Assembly: GCF_056746865.1 (NCBI RefSeq)
Contig: NZ_CM163382.1
Reading direction: 5' to 3' (one strand)
Length of the DNA stretch: 64,000 nt
Positions 59,952 through 64,000 of this stretch are shown here, piece by piece. The notes beneath the pieces were generated by a model. That model had not been told where the DNA came from, made no database searches, and saw only the letters and a program-made list of their open reading frames with translations. Numbering within the stretch: the first letter of the stretch is position 1; every line of letters begins with the position of its first letter. The translations under genes and the position numbers were made by a program.

Positions 59952-59956
59952 ATTGC

Positions 59957-60229
59957 ATGGAGAAGATTAAGATGCAGCAGTATCACTATCCACTGGAAGA
60001 CGGATTTACCGAAAGGATTCACACGCCGGGAGGCGTCAGGTCACTGGTGGAGGGATCGCACTTGATGAAATTACTCCGGGATCTCGATAAGGATGGATTT
60101 AATGTCGATGGCCCACTTGCCGAACTGACTGCACTGATTAACTACGTCACCAGCTCACAGATGTCTATGCGGGATCTGCAAACACATCTCGACTATTGTG
60201 CCGAACAATTACGAAAACAAACCCGGTAA
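59957..60229 (+). CDS. small SOS-box-associated prophage protein of unknown function (90 aa, or 85 aa from ATG 59972 which has the better GGAGA Shine-Dalgarno)
   Basis: ORF in track; soluble, charged, no TM segment; LexA box overlaps its promoter region; convergent with the 98-aa membrane protein gene. Confidence 0.55.
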   Translation: MEKIKMQQYHYPLEDGFTERIHTPGGVRSLVEGSHLMKLLRDLDKDGFNVDGPLAELTALINYVTSSQMSMRDLQTHLDYCAEQLRKQTR

Positions 60230-60235
60230 ATTTAA

Positions 60236-60273
60236 AGGCCGCAAGAGCGGCCTGTGACATGTCACGCTCTTTT
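60236..60273. terminator. bidirectional terminator between the convergent small genes
   Basis: GGCCGC-aaga-GCGGCC hairpin then GTGACATGTCAC palindrome and CTCTTTTTC; T-rich on both strands (tttaaattt on the minus side). Confidence 0.55.
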
Positions 60274-60558
60274 TCTGAATGATAGCCATTCGAAAAATGA
60301 TGACATTCCACCGCAGACAATAGCAAAGATGATCCCACCAAAGAAGAGAAGGCCAGCCTGCCACCACTCCCACCGCCATACATCCACAGCGCCAACCATA
60401 CCAACAATCGCTCCAACAAATGGAATATAGCTCACGATGAAAGCAATGGGGGCTGCAATTATCCAGTGCAATCCCCACCATGATTCAAGCCCAGCCATAA
60501 TTGCTGCCAACTGAAAAAGACCAACGACGATATAAACAATGAATCCTATAGCTTGCAT
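60262..60558 (-). CDS. small 3-TM inner-membrane protein of unknown function (moron; candidate superinfection-exclusion or conversion protein)
   Basis: 98-aa ORF with AGGTGA Shine-Dalgarno; three hydrophobic helices, Trp-rich loop (VDVWRWEWWQAG), basic C-terminus FRKRA. Confidence 0.6.
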   Translation of the reverse strand: MQAIGFIVYIVVGLFQLAAIMAGLESWWGLHWIIAAPIAFIVSYIPFVGAIVGMVGAVDVWRWEWWQAGLLFFGGIIFAIVCGGMSSFFEWLSFRKRA

Positions 60559-60570
60559 GTAGTCACCTAT

Positions 60571-60744
60571 TTACCCAGTAAAAATCAGAGGCCTCCCCTC
60601 AATAAGGCTTGCAACAAGAACTATTCCCTGCACAACAAAGATGAACCAGCAAATAGCTTGAGTCTGAGGGTTAAGAAAATATTTGTAGCGGTCAATAAAT
60701 AACAACCCACCAGAAATTATCACACTCAAAATAATTAAAAACAC
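60571..60744 (-). CDS. possible 57-aa two-TM membrane peptide (GTG start), translationally coupled to the upstream virion protein gene
   Basis: Not in ORF track (under 60 aa). GTG 60744 is preceded by AAGGAAG overlapping the 824-aa gene stop; product (M)FLIILSVIISGGLLFIDRYKYFLNPQTQAICWFIFVVQGIVLVASLIEGRPLIFTG; same frame as the upstream gene. Confidence 0.35.
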   Translation of the reverse strand: MFLIILSVIISGGLLFIDRYKYFLNPQTQAICWFIFVVQGIVLVASLIEGRPLIFTG

Positions 60745-60753
60745 AACACTTCC

Positions 60754-63228
60754 TTATTGCGGAGTGACATCCTGAGGTCGCCACCAGTATGTCTGGTTAA
60801 ACTCTTTCTTCGAACGTTGCTCCATTTTACGCAAATAGCCTGGTGAAAAATACTCCTGCATCTGGTTAAAGATCATATGATCGAGAGCCGCCTTTAAGTA
60901 CCAGAGATTCGCACCTGGCATCAAACCTTTCCCCAGCTTCACCAGATCACCACCAGTCTGCTCACTCTTCCCTTCCACAGCATTTAACGGTATGCCCTGA
61001 GCAATCTTCACTACGTCATCAACCAGACCAGCTACCGGGCCAAGCATCGACGCCAGCGCGCCGCTTCCGTACCTAGTGTGATCTGACAATAAAAAGTCAC
61101 CGTAAAGGCCAAGACCACCACCTTTCAGTAGAGCACCAAGCCAAAATTTAGCAGCATCTTCTCCTGTCATCTCGCGAGGATTACGACCAGACGCAAGGTC
61201 GTTAAGTTGCTGCGACAAAGCGCCAAGAATGGTCGTACTGGCAATAAACGTCGCAATATATGCCGCACGCCCACCAGCAGACGGCATACCCATAGCGCGT
61301 GACCAGTGACGCATAACCACCGAGATAGGGAACGATTTAAACAGGAAAACACTTCTCGTTAATTCACCTTTCCATGTTCCACGCTGAATACCAGAACCGG
61401 TTATCAGTTGCTCACGTGCTCCCGGTGTAATAACAGCCATATCAACTTCTTCAGTTACGGCACCGAGCAGTTTACGCATTGCCTCAAATTTCACGCGTTC
61501 AGGCTCACCAAGATGTTTAACTGCTGAATCAGGGATACGCATAATGCTTTCCGGTGTCAGCATCGTATTATTGCCGTTCCCCCAGTCCTCCTGTTGCGCC
61601 AGCTTCCATACGCTCCAGTCTGTGTCAGTAATCCCTTTGCTTTTCAGGATACGAAAATCAGAATCATCGAGGCTACGAAGGTCTGGTGTCCGTGACACTA
61701 CTTCTCCCAGGCTTCCCATCATGGTTACGCCATAGGCGCGCTTGTGCGCATCTGACCATGCTGTAAGCCCACTGGCACGCATTACCGCCGTTGCAGCCCA
61801 ACGAGACACAGACGGCCCCATATTATCCATCGCCCAGCGGTTAACGCTGCCAAGTAGAGATTCCATCGCCAGACCAGCGCGGCGCGCCCGCGCAAGTTCT
61901 GTACGGTTCGTTGGGTCCATAGCTTCAAGCTGGTTGCGGAATAACTGGTTCATTGGAAGGTTGGTAACCTTCGCAGACAGATACATGGTTCCAAGATCAG
62001 AGAACGATGACAGCAACGCGGATCCGAGTCTGCTGGCAACCAGCCAGTTGCGGATATTGTCAGACCATCGCGCGATGTGCGGATTCGCTACAGGCTGTGT
62101 CTTTCCGGAAATAAAATTGTACAGATTCTCTGTGTTGTTCGCCAGCCGCTCGACTTTACCGGTTTTACTCGGGTTAGCTGTTGCCGTTTCTGCCTTCACC
62201 TGATCAAGAAGAGAGCGGAAAACATGATCGGGGTTTGGGCCATATGTTTCCACCAGTGCAATATCTTTACTGATACCTTCAAGGTGACCGACCATGATTT
62301 CCCATAGAGAGCGATCGCCATAAAGTTGCTGATATTGCAGATAGGAATCTGCATCTTTGAAATGTATCTGTCGTGATGCATTACCACGGTTAGCACGTGC
62401 GCCGGAAATTCGCATTCCGGTATCAGTAAGCTTATTCAGCCCACCAGTAGCGATCGTGTTATAAGCCTCTCCAAGAAATGCAGACAACTCGGCATCGTTC
62501 ATCAGTTGTCCATCGGCTCGGGTATAATATTTGCGATCCAGCTTACCTATAACATCGCTAACCCATTTATCTTTTGATACCGCCCCAACCTTTTCCATAG
62601 AATGATGTTGAGGGATCCCCCAGTTTTCGAGATAGCCAATGTCCCCACCAGCATCATTAAACCGGCGGCGCAGCAGCTCTGTAACTTCTCTCCACGCCTT
62701 AGCACCTTTTCTTGCTTTAGCATTGCCAGTATTTTGCCCCCGCATTTCATATACCAGGTCACGTACGCCCGCTTCATCTTCAAACAGACCAAAAAAGCGA
62801 GGATCAACTGCTTCGAATGCCTCCTGCAATTGACTCAATGCATAATCACGGGTGGCTTTTGTTCTGGATTCAACAGAGAGGAAATTCGATTTACCGTCTG
62901 CATTAAAAGCAATAGTACGGTTAAGAGCGCCAAGTTTCCCATCAGCCCCTTGATAGCTATTGATAAATTTATCCAATCTCTGACGTGCGGCTATAGTGAG
63001 GGCCACACGACGTTTCTTTAATGCCGCTTCTCGCTGTAATTCTTCAGATGCCAATTGTGCTGCACGATACAACCGTTCTGATTCGGAAAGTTGTCGCCAC
63101 GACATCGGGTCATCACGAGCAATGGAGCGCATATTTCGATAAATGCGGTCTTCAATGTTCTGTATTTCTCGCGCCGTTAACGTGCGCTGCGCCGCCTGCT
63201 GGACCGCTTGTATACATTCCTGTCTCAT
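60754..63228 (-). CDS. large prophage virion protein, function unknown (putative internal virion / DNA-ejection protein by position)
   Basis: 824-aa ORF; N-terminal coiled-coil, Gly-rich C-terminal region; directly upstream of the tail fiber module; no catalytic motif recognised. Confidence 0.6.
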   Translation of the reverse strand: MRQECIQAVQQAAQRTLTAREIQNIEDRIYRNMRSIARDDPMSWRQLSESERLYRAAQLASEELQREAALKKRRVALTIAARQRLDKFINSYQGADGKLGALNRTIAFNADGKSNFLSVESRTKATRDYALSQLQEAFEAVDPRFFGLFEDEAGVRDLVYEMRGQNTGNAKARKGAKAWREVTELLRRRFNDAGGDIGYLENWGIPQHHSMEKVGAVSKDKWVSDVIGKLDRKYYTRADGQLMNDAELSAFLGEAYNTIATGGLNKLTDTGMRISGARANRGNASRQIHFKDADSYLQYQQLYGDRSLWEIMVGHLEGISKDIALVETYGPNPDHVFRSLLDQVKAETATANPSKTGKVERLANNTENLYNFISGKTQPVANPHIARWSDNIRNWLVASRLGSALLSSFSDLGTMYLSAKVTNLPMNQLFRNQLEAMDPTNRTELARARRAGLAMESLLGSVNRWAMDNMGPSVSRWAATAVMRASGLTAWSDAHKRAYGVTMMGSLGEVVSRTPDLRSLDDSDFRILKSKGITDTDWSVWKLAQQEDWGNGNNTMLTPESIMRIPDSAVKHLGEPERVKFEAMRKLLGAVTEEVDMAVITPGAREQLITGSGIQRGTWKGELTRSVFLFKSFPISVVMRHWSRAMGMPSAGGRAAYIATFIASTTILGALSQQLNDLASGRNPREMTGEDAAKFWLGALLKGGGLGLYGDFLLSDHTRYGSGALASMLGPVAGLVDDVVKIAQGIPLNAVEGKSEQTGGDLVKLGKGLMPGANLWYLKAALDHMIFNQMQEYFSPGYLRKMEQRSKKEFNQTYWWRPQDVTPQ

Positions 63229-63233
63229 TTAAT

Positions 63234-64000
63234 TTAACCTCTCAAGAAACACGCCACAGCAACATCAAACAGGCTGGAATCCTGTATTGCCTGCTCACTT
63301 TCCCTGTTCGCTTCATCCAGTACTTCACGCGCACTGCGCGATTGTGGATTACCATCATCATCCAGCACGGTGATTATCATGTCAGGTGATTCAAGCAGCG
63401 AGTCTTCAGCTATGCGCAGATCAATATCTCCTGCCTGATCTGACATCATTTTTTGTTCTGCCTGTTGCAATATTTTATCAGGCTCAAAAGGAGCTACTTC
63501 GTCTGGCGTCCTGACCTCTGCTGTTTTATAGAATGAAACAGCCTGAGCATTAAGTTCACTTTCTGCCTGCTGTCTCCGAGCCAGTTCTGCTCGAGCTTCA
63601 AAAAACTGACCGCCAGGCTCGTGCGGTGCCAACGCGTTACGGGAAAATTCCAGGCGTTCTTGTGCCTGCCGGATTCGTTGATCAATATCGCGAAGTCTGG
63701 CCTGTTTATCTGATCGAGCACGAGACAAAGCTTTACCGCTACCGGTTGGCTCTTCTGCAAGAATTTGTGCACGCTGTTCAGTGAGATTTTCAATAATTCG
63801 TTGGCTATTAGCGATTTCAGACTGGTAAACCTGTCTATCTCCACGCGGCAAAAGCTGCGCGGCCTGTTCTTCAAGCAACCGATTTTCTATAGCGCGCGCC
63901 GTTACTCCATCATCTACAGATGACAGAGCCTCATTAACTGCCTGAGACAGCAGACTCTTGCGCCCAGGAATTTCACTGAAAGATGCAGACTCAACAATGC
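63234..64000 (-). CDS. prophage coiled-coil virion/ejection-associated protein, C-terminal part (5' end beyond window)
   Basis: ORF track gives 63234-63878, but the same frame stays open to the window end (...SEIPGRKSLLSQAVNEALSSVDDGVTARAIENRLLEEQAAQ...); Gln/Glu/Arg-rich coiled-coil. Confidence 0.55.
   Translation of the reverse strand, partial: IVESASFSEIPGRKSLLSQAVNEALSSVDDGVTARAIENRLLEEQAAQLLPRGDRQVYQSEIANSQRIIENLTEQRAQILAEEPTGSGKALSRARSDKQARLRDIDQRIRQAQERLEFSRNALAPHEPGGQFFEARAELARRQQAESELNAQAVSFYKTAEVRTPDEVAPFEPDKILQQAEQKMMSDQAGDIDLRIAEDSLLESPDMIITVLDDDGNPQSRSAREVLDEANRESEQAIQDSSLFDVAVACFLRG

Noticed and set aside
61742-63021. 153-aa and 139-aa plus-strand ORFs
   Set aside because: Antisense within the 824-aa virion protein gene.

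Overview
The first ~53 kb is an Escherichia coli K-12-type chromosomal backbone, and every gene in it is intact and in the expected order: maeB (5' part), talA-tktB, ypfG, nudK, aegA, narQ, acrD, ypfM, yffB-dapE-ypfN, ypfH, tmcA, ypfJ, purC, bamC-dapA, gcvR-bcp, the complete hydrogenase-4 operon hyfABCDEFGHIJR-focB, perM, bepA, yfgD, hda, uraA-upp, purMN, ppk-ppx, pdeF and yfgGHI. Gene calls rest on the supplied ORF track plus my recognition of the protein sequences; I could not run any search. Downstream of yfgI the backbone gives way to accessory DNA. An IS2 (1331 bp, flanked by a 5-bp TGCGC direct repeat) sits beside or inside an IS200 copy, and beyond that lies the late region of a degraded prophage, all on the minus strand and running off the window end. 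The prophage part contains two virion or ejection-type proteins, a small-gene 'moron' locus, an 800-aa tail fiber/tailspike, and a lysis cassette with two small membrane proteins, a GH19-type endolysin and Rz with an embedded Rz1. The most interesting spot is the moron locus between the 824-aa virion protein gene and the tail fiber gene: two small predicted membrane proteins face a convergent ~85-90 aa gene that sits directly behind a near-consensus LexA (SOS) box. None of the three small proteins is recognisable to me, so this is the best candidate for an uncharacterised SOS-linked exclusion, conversion or antirepressor module. No rRNA, tRNA or CRISPR array was found.
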